NCBI RefSeq assembly: GCF_000743755.1
Contig: NW_014569530.1
Span: 54,672 to 74,671 of the forward strand
Direction: 5' to 3'
Source of the DNA: Blastocystis sp. subtype 4
Taxonomy: Eukaryota
DNA: 20,000 nt
Both the position numbers and the translations under genes were made by a program. The notes beneath the pieces are model-generated. The model did not search any database and had not been told where the DNA came from. It saw only the letters and a program-made list of their open reading frames with translations. Below are positions 1 through 10,523 of the stretch, piece after piece. Within the stretch, counting starts at the first letter, position 1. Each line of letters opens with the position of its first letter.

Positions 1-1293
1 TCATGTCCGTCAACAGCTCCTGTTCGCTGTGTTGATGGTCGGTGTGTGAAATCAGCTACTGTCTGTTCAACAACATCACTGCCTTCTTGTCCTCTTGGCA
101 CTTATCTTTGTCCCACAGGTACTTGTCAAAGAGAGTGTCCCGCTGTATCAGGATGCTCAGTGAATGAAGCGATGTGTGCTAATGGAGAGTGTGTGCCTCT
201 TCTTGATTCAGATCTCACAGGGTTGACCAATTATACAGATCGATGCTTCTCTTCTACACGTGCTGGAAGTAAGTTAACTCTGTTTGGATTGTCTGTAGAT
301 GGAATTAGTGGTTCTATTGAGACATTAGATGAGATCATATCACTGACAATCTCTCCATTTTTTGATCATGAATTCACTATGATTGTGAAGGAACGAAAAA
401 CCCGATTGCGAGTGGACGTACCATCAGGATTACTATTGAGTTGAGAAATTGAGAGAAATTGAGATGTAGAAGAAGAAGAAAGTCTGTTAGATTTGGTTCC
501 ATTCAGTAGGAGTGAATTGAAAGAAACGATCAGAGGATTAACTTATTCTGTTTCTGAGATGTTCATTTTCTCAGCTTTTTCTGTCAAGATTCGAATTCCA
601 TCAGTTTTGACAGTTTCAGATCCTGTCACATATCTGGATCGTGTCTTTTTGATTCCCCTCACGGTTATGTTCAGTGGAGAAGACACAAATATAACTGTGA
701 GTGAATGGTGTTTGGGTCAGTATTCTGATGGAAGCTGGAGTTGTGTTAGTGAGATTCAGCTATCTAGTAATGGAGAGTATGTGAGTACAGTACCAAGTAC
801 AGGAAGTTATGCAGTAATGTATCGAATTCCCGTAGAAGTGAAGTCTGAGATTAGTGCATATCAGCGAAGTCAGGTAAAGATGAGGTAATGAATGAGACGT
901 AGTTGATAGCTACTTTGTTGGTTATTATAGTGTATTGTGTGATCCTGATTCCTATGGTCTATTGCTTCTGGAGACTGTCTCGATACAAGCGGAAACTGTT
1001 AATGGCAAAGAAGATGCTTCAAACGAATGTGAGTGAGGATCAAGTGACTAAGGATTAGAGAGAGCTGACTCAGCAACAAGTACGGTGGTTCTCAAATCCA
1101 ATGGCTATGAAACAGTTTGTATATTTCTTTGCAGGAGACGAAAACAAGGGAAGGAAGGAACAACAGTTGATTCGGAAACAAGAAGAAGAGATTCAACAAT
1201 TAGAAGAAGAGATTCAACAAGCTCGAGTAATGAAAGGGGGTATTGATGATGGATAGATGTATCTTGCAGCACATAGAATGAAAGATGATAGTT
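1..1293 (+). CDS. Cys-rich single-pass (type I) membrane protein, 5'-truncated; stop probably completed by poly(A)
   Basis: Open frame from base 1 with Cys-rich repeats (CPSTAPVRCVDGRC, CPTGTCQRECP, CANGECV). GT-AG introns at 440-469, 874-902, 1029-1058 and 1227-1256 join the frames. TM helix LIATLLVIIVYCVILIPMVYCFW is followed by basic RLSRYKRK and a short coiled-coil tail. In-frame T1293 lies 5 nt before TGTTTGTA (1299-1306); the alternative genomic stop is TAA 1305-1307. Confidence 0.75.
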
Positions 1294-1298
1294 ATCAC

Positions 1299-1313
1299 TG
1301 TTTGTAACAAACA
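1299..1313. terminator. Bidirectional 3'-end/polyadenylation signal TGTTTGT-A-ACAAACA
   Basis: Plus strand reads TGTTTGTA (1299-1306) and minus strand reads TGTTTGTT (1313-1306). It lies between two convergent genes. Confidence 0.8.
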
Positions 1314-1318
1314 AATAT

Positions 1319-2386
1319 AGTCATCAAAGTCAAACGAGGACGAAGATGATGATGAATCATTGTTTTTGTGTTGCTCAAAGTACATGATATTGATCAAAAG
1401 AGTGGCAGCTAACAAAAGGATACGCTCATGAAGCGTAGAATCAGGAGGGAATGTGACTGTGAATGTATCAGCATTGGTAAACTACACATCACAATGTTCT
1501 ATTTCTCTCACCAGTGAACGTGCCCAAGTATCCCACTTTCGCTTAATTGTTCCTGTAGTCCCTGTACGATGATTCGTAACGTTATAGACAATCTCATTGC
1601 AAGGACTCATAGGCAAGAAACAGAACTCACCAGGCTGACAGCAAGAGCCTTGAATGGACATACATTCCACCTCCTTATCATCAGTGATGGAAAAGTTGTG
1701 GTCGCAACAATTGAAAATATTCTTCACACGACCACAAGACTGTTCGTTTGCATCGAGAATGTGAATCTCTGGTGTGTTCAAGCAGAAGACTATTCATGAG
1801 GAGGATTCGAAACAACTACATTGACAGGTGAAAGGACGATGCATCTTCACCAACAGGTTATTGTCAGGTCCAAACAGATTCATCGTAAACTCACGGTTAT
1901 TTCCCCACATCGCTCGACTGCAGCAATCCGAGTCTTCTATAGCCTAGAGTCGAGATAGGAAAGAGTTGGTACATTCATGAAAGGAGTTTGGTTCATTGGA
2001 ATCTCATCATCCTCACTGTTGACCAGGAAGATGGCAAACTGTTTGTTGGAGTCAATGTCCGTAAAGATTTGCCAGAAATCGACATTCTCGATCACACGCA
2101 CCGCAGGGACTAGAAATTACTTTTGAGGAACTCTCCAACACTTCATAAGGTAATCTAAATGGGACGTCACTTGGGGTTGCATCGGAGGAGGTGCTATCTG
2201 TTGCATAGGAGCAGGTACCACCTGTTGAATAGGAGCCGAGGCTACAGGTTGAACAGGAACGGACATTGGGGCAGCAACGGGCATAGCCATGGGCACAGCA
2301 GTCTGAGAGGTATAGGTTGTTTCCATGTTGCTCATCAGGGGAGCACTCACGCCTGAAGTTTGGTCAACGTTATAGACGAGATTCAT
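1319..2386 (-). CDS. Phospholipid scramblase (PLSCR family) with Pro/Gln-rich N-terminus; stop completed by poly(A)
   Basis: Spliced product contains AIEDSDCCSRAMWGNNREFTM, MHRPFTC, GTIKRKW and FTNADTFTVTFP...LLLAATLLINIMYFEQ, resembling scramblase motifs. About four ~30-nt introns. It ends ...SSFDFDD followed by in-frame T (1319), 5 nt upstream of TGTTTGTT. Confidence 0.88.
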
Positions 2387-2521
2387 AGTATAGAAAAGAA
2401 ATAACTCTCAATGGCATGCCATGGAACCGAATACTCAATTAGAGAATAGACTGGATTTTGGGAATTCCTATTGACCTTATCAATCTTCGTAAAACCAAAG
2501 TGTTGCAGTTTAGAATACGAT

Positions 2522-3321
2522 ATGAGGGTTCTTTTAGTTTCTTTATTGCTTTGTTGTGTTTTCTGCTATCCAGTTGCAAGTAGTCATTTCTGTACGTGAA
2601 TTATTTGGTAGCTTGTGGGGATTATGATATGCCACCAGATGACTGTTATGCTTTCGCGTGCAATGAAGCAACAAACGATACTTGTCTGAATCTGCCGACT
2701 TCTTCTCTTCCTCCGTACTTTACGAGTACTGATTCATCACTTGCTTCACATGTAGCTTTCAGAGCATCTATTGCTTTTATGGAAAATTACGAGTTTCGTT
2801 TAAGGGTTGTCATCTATGCGTACTATAGCTGTATGATGCCTATTTTTAATATAGATGCCTAGTAGAAGTGATTATTATGTTTTATTAATAGTGTTTACAA
2901 GCCCTTACTTCGTAATTCTACTGTATATACAAATGGAACCTATATTGATTCTGAATTCCGCATTCTCAATATGACACCGCTTCGTGATGATCTAGAATAC
3001 AACCTGGATTTAGACTGTAAAATCAAGCTATCTGAAAACGAAACATTTGAAGTTCTCAACATGGATCCAGAAAAGCAGATGTGTATGGTAGATGTGAATG
3101 GAGCTCCGGTTGATTTATTTGGGATTATCCGTCAATTGATTGGCTATATATCTCCTTCCCTTGATGTGATGTGGATTGGTTCTAGTGGAAGTGATGGTTG
3201 ATGTATAGATGAAGATAATATTACTTTATCGAATGAGAGCCTGGATCTTTTATCATCAAGATTTCCAACGAGTTTGAATATGACTCGAATTGCTGATACA
3301 GGCTGTTCATCAGTGTGGTGA
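2522..3321 (+). CDS. Secreted/surface protein of unknown function; 3' end uncertain
   Basis: ATG 2522 with signal-peptide-like MRVLLVSLLLCCVFC. Introns 2580-2611, 2862-2891 and 3179-3208 restore one frame. Multiple N-glycosylation sequons (NDT, NST, NGT, NMT, NET, NIT, NES). First in-frame stop is TGA 3319-3321; TGTTTGTT follows at 3412-3419. Confidence 0.6.
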
Positions 3322-3474
3322 AGTGCAACACAGTTTCGTGTGAGTTTTTCTACGAGATTGTTATTTTGAGTATGAAATCACTGTGATGTATGAATTATGT
3401 GACCTATTTCTTGTTTGTTGTTTCCCTGTTTCTCCATTTCTTTTAGTCATTGTCTCTTTTTCTAGAGTTGGTTA

Positions 3475-4564
3475 ATGGTTGTTATAACTGACAGCCTACA
3501 TAAGTTAGCCAGACTCAACTATTTTAAACATTCTCCCGATGTAGTTGTTGTAGGAGGTAGATGTGAAAAAAGAAAATTATGAAAAGGAAATGGCTTTGTT
3601 GGGAGATGTATCTGTAAAATAGCTGCACAAAGTGGGCTAGTTCCTGTGAGCATTTCGGTTGACCCTTGTCCTCCTGTGTATAGTGAGGAAGATAAGCACA
3701 ACTATGACTGGGTTACACGTGTAATTACTTTCTATTTCTATGACATAGACACATTGGCGAGAAGGAGATGCAACAAAACCATCTACTTGGGACCCACATA
3801 TTGTAGATGCTGGTTGCACGGTATTGGTAGAGAGAGGATGTGATTGTAGGCAATGGTATATACAACCAAACCTGTTTATCGTAGTAAGCAGCGGTTATGG
3901 GAATGCAATTTTGAGGGAGCCCTTCAGAGTATTGAGATGGCGCGTGTATGGATGTGATTTGAATTTCAACTAGAAAATGCATGCTAATCGATTTGTGTAC
4001 ATTTCGACGAACTTTATGCCTCCTCTTGCTACTCAGGCCGAGCGTGAGACGAAGAAACGAGCGGAAGAGGCGTTGATGGAGTATAGCAAAGTTGGATTGG
4101 ATGAGAGTGGTGATTAGTAGATGTCTTTGTCAACAGATTCACCAATTGGACTGAGTATCCTAAAACCAGGATGGATTTATGGAGGTGATCGCATTTCTAG
4201 TTCTGTAATTGGATTACTATGTCATTTTCTCTTTGATTGGGACTGTAAGAAACAGGCAGGAATAGGACATGAGTTTGACAATTAGCCGCCACGTAATGTG
4301 AGTTCGATCAGTGTCCAGACTCTGGCAATGGCAGCTATCTGTCAAGCACTTGACCCAGGCCTTTCGTAACATAGCAATAACTGTATTATTCCTAGAAATA
4401 CTCTCAAACTCTATAATCATCAGATGCAGATTTACAATGATCCAAAAGCTCGACATTGGTTGGAAAATATGGCAGAATGTATGGTAAGAATCTTCCTGGG
4501 GTGTAAAGAATAGTACAATCGTAAACACGCCTCTTGTACAGCCTATGATTATGAAGCATTCTAA
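3475..4564 (+). CDS. Atypical short-chain dehydrogenase / NAD(P)-binding epimerase family (Coq11/NDUFA9-like)
   Basis: After intron 3557-3586 the Rossmann motif VVVVGGNGFVGRCICKIA appears. Later motifs are WREGDATKPSTW, RFVYIS, TKKRAEEAL, ILKPGWIYG and ISVQTLAMAA. About seven short introns including GC-AG 4256-4285. Stop TAA 4562-4564; TGTTTGCT at 4588-4595. Confidence 0.75.
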
Positions 4565-4618
4565 TTCGCGCAATTCTTTTTGAAATCTGTTTGCTAACGA
4601 TCCAACACTTTTATCACA

Positions 4619-5719
4619 CTAAGCGGATTCAACTTTATCTACAGTCGGTCTTTCTTGAGACGTAGTTGGTGAAGCACTTCGTTCACGTCGATGGTGATGA
4701 CTTCTGTGGCTACGATCTCGACTATCACTACGACTACGACTGCTGCTGCTACGACTGCTGCTACGACTACGACTGCTACTACGACTAGGACTTCGATCCC
4801 GACGACTGCGATGTCTTCGGTGCTCGCGACTGTCACTCCGACTATAGCTGCGACGATGATGTCGCTCATAACTGCGGCTCCGACTGCGGCGACTACGATA
4901 ACGACTACGACTTGGACTACGGCTGGGACTGCGATCCGAATCGTCTTCAGGTACATTCACACGTGGAGGAGGAGGATTGCGACGACCATCTCCTCGTGGT
5001 CCCATATCTCGTTCTCTCTCTTCACGAGTGTATCCCCATCTAGCAATGAGTCTAGAAATACTCACTTACCGTCCTTGAGGGAAACAACGATAGAACACCG
5101 CTTGAGAAGGGGTCATCAAATGCATGAAGTTACAATAACCACCACGCGTGCATTGACCTTCTTCATGTTGACGGCATCTACAGATAAGAAGAATGAAGGA
5201 TAATAACCGTGCTTCACGGAAATCTGTGACAGGAGAATACTCCACTGCCAGCGGTCTTCCTGCATAGTAACGACCTGACAAACCTTTGAGGGCTTTCTCA
5301 GCGTCTTCTTCATCCTCAAACTTGACATACACATTGCCCAACATATGGTCGCAGATATTGTCGCACACATGAAGTTCTTCAATTTTGCCATAAGAAGAAG
5401 ACAACTCATCGTACACTTCTTCATAGAATTCATCAAATTGCTTCTGCTATCCATAAAACGAACCACAAACAAGTACAATCATATCAGGAGTCGTTGCATT
5501 ACTCGATCCTAGAGGTGCAACCTTCGGATTGTGGTACATCTGTTTAATCAGGATTGTCTGACTAAATGTCGGTCTGTTGTGCTTTCGGGTGCAGCGATCT
5601 CCGTGCCTGCATGCTCCGATCTTGAAATAGAACGGACAGTTTACACTAACGTTAAAAAACTCCAGATATAATTACCGATCCTCTTCCGTTCCATAGACAC
5701 GTACTAAGTGATCAGCCAT
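4619..5719 (-). CDS. U2AF1: U2 snRNP auxiliary factor small subunit (U2AF35)
   Basis: [33 protein letters not shown] (CCCH zinc finger 1), UHM/RRM (DNICDHMLGNVYVKF), [29 protein letters not shown] (zinc finger 2), and a long RS tail. Four 30-nt introns: 5646-5675, 5447-5476, 5178-5207, 5040-5069. Stop TAG 4621-4619. Confidence 0.97.
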
Positions 5720-5893
5720 AAAATATACAAATTCAAAGACTGAACAAATCAAATTTGGTCGAAGAGACGCTTTTCATCGTTATCCGAGTGCTTCGAGAAT
5801 TCCATGAAATAACCGTTTTCGCGCCTTAGGTGAATGCTTTCACAACCTTGTTCTTTTCGTTCACAGATCTGTAACTGACGTTTGATTACCGTT

Positions 5894-8800
5894 ATGGTTC
5901 TTTCTGGAAACACAATTGATGTATAGAGAGGTGATGAAACGAAGAATACACAGAGAAGGAAACGGGAATTGGTTTCAGAGTGAACTATGCAATTTAGAAC
6001 TAATGAATAGTGAGTCCTCTACTCTATCGAAACTAGGGAAAACCGATAAAACCACATCAACTGTGAGAACAATAAATGGAAAAGCGATTTCGGGATCGCT
6101 ACTATCCAAATTGAAGGAACAGATCGCAGAGAAAGAGAAAGAACGGTATAAGTAATAAATTCCATGTAAAAGCTAGATTAGAATTGAAGGCTGATCGAGA
6201 GAAACGAAAAGAAGCGATGCCGGTGAAACATTCAGTGTTCGATTGTATTTATTTGATCATATCTAGTGTTCGCAAAACAGTAACTAAGCCAGTGGATCCA
6301 TCTTTACAGGAGAGTGCATCAGTCTCTCAACGTGATAATGACACCTATATTTCCTTGAAACAGGCTCTACAGAATCGCCTGTATGATGTACTACTTAATT
6401 GGAATCTTTTCTGCGATGCGTATTCGTTCTCATTTTCTTTCACGTAGACAACCTCTTCCGATACTTCCTCCATCATTTCACAATGTTGAAGAGTATATTC
6501 GTCTCTATCTTGGCTTTGTTCTTCAAGAAGTGCAAGCTCAAGCTATTAAAAGTTTAAATCCGTATTATTCGATCATTTGAATTAATTAAAGGAGAAATCG
6601 CCGTCGTTGCTCGATCTCGTGGTGTCGTTATGATGCTCTCGAGAATGAGTTTTTCCTCTTTTTAGATTCAACTACACCAATTCAAACAGTTATTAACAGT
6701 TATTGTATTGTTGTTCCCTATCTTCAACAAGATGCCGAATCTACCGAATCCGCTGAATTTTCCTTTGAGAATGGTAAACCTTGTTTTCACCTTCCATTCT
6801 TTTTCGGAATCATGAATACTCAGGTATACGTGCTGATTCTCATTGATGCAACAGACTGGTTCGGCTTCAGCTCCTATTAAAGTACGTGCTGACGTATTTC
6901 AACTTGTTTCTCATTTTCCTTCTCTCTTTACATCTCTCGATCACAACACACCAGTGTCAGAATGAATTTCTTCATTCATATTTAGTGTATGTTCGCTCTA
7001 TCCCTTAGTCCAGCTAAGTACTTCACTACGTGAATGGGTATCTCTCCTCCTTCTTCACTACTGTGTTTATGAACCCTCAGACTCTCGTTCTCTCACATGG
7101 AGTCGTTCTTCTCTTCCTGATGAGATTATTGTAACCAATGCACCTCAGTCATCACGATCTCATCGAGATACCAGTCCTTCTCTTGGGTTCATCCAGCAGT
7201 TCAACTCCTCTTCTCGATCGAATCCATGCGAGGCTCTTCAGAACCGTTCTGTGAATGAGGATTTCCTTCAATTTATCTATCCTACTGAATTCGCAGATTA
7301 TCGTTTGCCTCTCAATCCTCTCCTTGAAGAGGTTGTGAACATTCGGCCAGGTCTCTATCGATGTGTTTATGCAGGTGAAGATCCTTCCTTTCTCCAAGAT
7401 ATGAATAATAACCCAGACAGTATATATGTGAATGGCACATCGCCTGGATCTCCTCTCACTGGTCAAATACCATGGTCTTGCTGTTCACCCATCTTCATCA
7501 CTCATCTCAGAGACACATACAATAGAAGTCAACTCTTTGCAATCGAATCTGCGCTATACAACACAAAATCACTTCCAGTTTCTCATTTTACACTAATTCA
7601 GGGACCTCCAGGAACCGGAAAAACCCGTACTCTACTGTTACTACTGAATGTCTTGCAAAACAAACAATTCGATGCCTATTACGAGCAATTACGTTCGTAT
7701 GTCAATAATATGCTGTTTTCCAGCAAGTCCACTTTTCTGGCTTCTCTTGATGGACTTAACAAAGCTCGAATTCAAATGAAAGAGAGACTTGTGAAGCCGC
7801 GAATCCTTGTTTGCACACCGTCAAATGCTGCCGTGAATACGATCATTGATGGAATCATGTTTCATGGATTCACTGATAATGCTGGAAAGCGATACAACCC
7901 ATCGATTCTACGATTGGGATCTGGGACATCCCGTGATCACTGGTCTATATCACTAGATTACATTGTGGAAGTAGATTTAATAGGAAAGAATGAGCAGTAG
8001 GATTTGAAGAATGAGGAGGCAAAAGAAGCGAAGAAGGAGTCATTAAAAGAGAACTTACGAGATATCAGTGTACAAATAGATCGTCTCTTTATCACAGTGA
8101 TGATAGAAACAGAACTTGATATATAGTTGAAACGTCTTGCAGCCCAATATAGCAATCAAGAATTACAGTTATCCAAAGAGTAAGAATAAATGATTGAGTT
8201 GATGATAGGTACTTTAACTGTATTTCTCAGTTAATTATGCTATTTGAAGAGAAAGATCGTTTGTTATCATTTAGTTTTATTTATAACAGCGATCCTAACA
8301 ATGTAAAAGACATTCAAGGATATCTCGTCAATAATTATGATATTATTCTTACTACACTTTCAAGTAGTGGTTTGGCTGCATTTGATTCAGATTATGTGAA
8401 TCGAAAGTGACATTGATCATGTGCTCTAATTCTCTAGTTTTTCGACTCTAGTTATTGATGAAGCGTGTCAAGCAACAGAAGTATCCACATTAATTCCGTT
8501 ATTGTTGAATCCAGAAAAAGTCGGTATTTCATTGATGAATGAAATCTAGTGTGTGTTGATTGGAGATCCAAAGCAACTTCCTGCTACGGTTATTAGCGAG
8601 AATACTCAGAACAATTACAATCTCAGTCTGTTCGAGCGTCTGACTAAGAATTTTCATTTTTCCTATCTTCTTAACACTCAGTACAGGTAATTATGGGATC
8701 TGTCTGAGACTGCTAGATGTCATCCCAAGATCATTGCCTTCCCCAATATATGTTTCTATGAAGGAAAATTACAAAATGGAGAGAATGTCCAAGGAGATTC

Positions 8801-9598
8801 CTATAGCCATCAGTTTTATGAAAGTGACTTTTTCCACGTTTGTGTTTTCCCGCCACTTGATGTTTAGCCAGTTGTTTTTTATAATTTGTGTGGTGAAGGA
8901 ATTCAGGAACACAAAGATGAATTAACCAAATCGTATAGCAATATATACGAAGTTCGGTTTGTACTCAATCTCTATGATGCATTCTTACGGATATATCCAC
9001 ATTACAAGGCTATTTCTGTTGTTGTACTCACTCCCTACAATGAGCAAAAGTCTCTCGTATTTTTGTCATTCATCAAATCATCCGTAGTTTGAATCAATGA
9101 TTGCCTCACATCCCAATGAGATCATTCGTCGACTGCAAGTATTTACAGTGGATGCTTTCCAGGGCAAAGAAGTGGATATTGTCTTCTATTCGACAGTACG
9201 AACTGGAACTGCCTATGGTGTTGGGTTCGTTTCGGATATTCGTCGAATGAATGTGAGTTTCACTCGTCCTCGATTCGGTCTGTATGTGATTGGCCAAGAA
9301 ACGAAATTGCGCACAAGCAAGTATTGGAATCAGTTTATTGAATACACGAGGTCCGGATGGAAGGGAGAGGTGATATATAGAATAAATAATCGAATCATCA
9401 ACATTACCGATGTAGATATGAATCTGGAACATGCTATTAAGGAGAATATCCGTTTGAAGTGTGACGATAATCTGTATTTAGAGTATCAGTCAAAGCATAA
9501 GAAACTGGCATTGTCATTGTTTGAATCAGTGGAAGATGCTTATGCTACAAAGGAAGGTCGATATTCTCCTGAAGTTATGATTCCTCCGATGAATAGGT
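5894..9598 (+). CDS. Sen1/senataxin-like SF1 (Upf1-like) helicase; stop completed by poly(A)
   Basis: Walker A LIQGPPGTGKT (GPPGTGKT 7602-7625), RILVCTPSNAAV, LVIDEACQA, LIGDPKQLPATVIS, SLFERL, QYR, VLTPYNEQ, TVDAFQGKE and RRMNVSFTRPR. Many ~30-nt introns. Probable ATG 5894 is followed directly by intron 5897-5926. In-frame T9598 sits 5 nt before TGTTTGTT (9604-9611). Confidence 0.88.
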
Positions 9599-9673
9599 GT
9601 AGATGTTTGTTTGAAGACAATGCAAGCCTGATCACTTTTAAACAAACACATAATAAAACAATAAACACACAAC

Positions 9674-10376
9674 TCAGAATCTTTTGTGCTGACCATTAAA
9701 ACCTCCACGGTTCCCTCCGAATGAGCCACCACGATTACCACTGAATGAACCTCCACGATTGCCTCCGAATGAACCTCCACGGCCACCTCCACGATTACCA
9801 CCACGTCCTCCACGACCACCAGATCCACCACGACCTCCACGCGCTCCTCCTCTCGCTCCTCCTCGACCTCCAGCAGGCTTCTGTGTTCTATGTGAATCAC
9901 AATAACGAACAGAAAACATACTCGGTGAAACGAGAAAGAGGAAGTAATTTCATTGGATTAATGTATACCTTGTCACCACTCTTAAATGAGGAGGGTTTCA
10001 CACCTAGACAATGAGAAATTCACACATCGTAACAAACCTTCGTCACACTTCATGGAGAAATGAACATCAGAGATTGCTCCAAGGATTTCATCGACTTTTC
10101 CAATCTTTGTTTTATTCTCCAGATACAGAGGAGCGTTGAAATACGGAATCTACGAGATCATCCACATCTGAACAAAAATCACCATCTCGTTGGTTGACTT
10201 ACAAAGAACATCACCCTCACTCTCATGCATCACATATCCCATCTCTATAACTCAGAATTGGAAACAAAGAACCAACCAACAACGCGTTCTGGAGGGCCTT
10301 CATCAAAGTCTCTTCTCCCTCCATTAAAGCCTCCTCGACCTCCACGGCCACCACCGCGTCCACCTCGATAACTCAT
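9674..10376 (-). CDS. GAR1: H/ACA snoRNP subunit Gar1
   Basis: N- and C-terminal RGG boxes flank the core EGPPERVV...[24 protein letters not shown]...[15 protein letters not shown]. Four short introns. Stop TGA 9676-9674; minus-strand TGTTTGTT at 9648-9641. Confidence 0.96.
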
Positions 10377-10523
10377 TTTGTCCGTATGTAGTAAGAATGG
10401 TATAGATGAACCTCTTGAAACTACCGTTCAAATTGAAAGAAAACCGCGGTTCACATCTTTTCTCGCCATTCTAATTCATTTGAACGCTCTATTATCGATT
10501 CTTTGCTACAACAAAAAAAAAGA

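Noticed and set aside
3405..3419. Poly(A)-made stop (TA at 3405-3406) for the secreted protein
   Set aside because: The spacing fits, but that frame has TGA at 3384-3386 and I found no splice acceptor connecting it to the CDS.
4691..5203. 170-aa Thr/Ala-rich mucin-like plus-strand ORF (and Val-rich ORF 4639-4956)
   Set aside because: These are antisense or alternative-frame shadows of the repetitive RS-domain codons of U2AF35.
5464..5471. TGTTTGTG in U2AF35 intron 2 as an intronic polyadenylation switch
   Set aside because: One mismatch to the motif, and cleavage 5 nt upstream would not create a stop. Unsupported without transcript data.
5817..5824. E2F-like TTTCGCGC in the U2AF35/helicase divergent promoter
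   Set aside because: A single short match that cannot be distinguished from chance.
9526..10014. Val/Glu-rich and His/Leu-rich ORFs with short tandem repeats
   Set aside because: Frame shadows of the GAR1 RGG repeats; not independent genes and not a CRISPR-like array.
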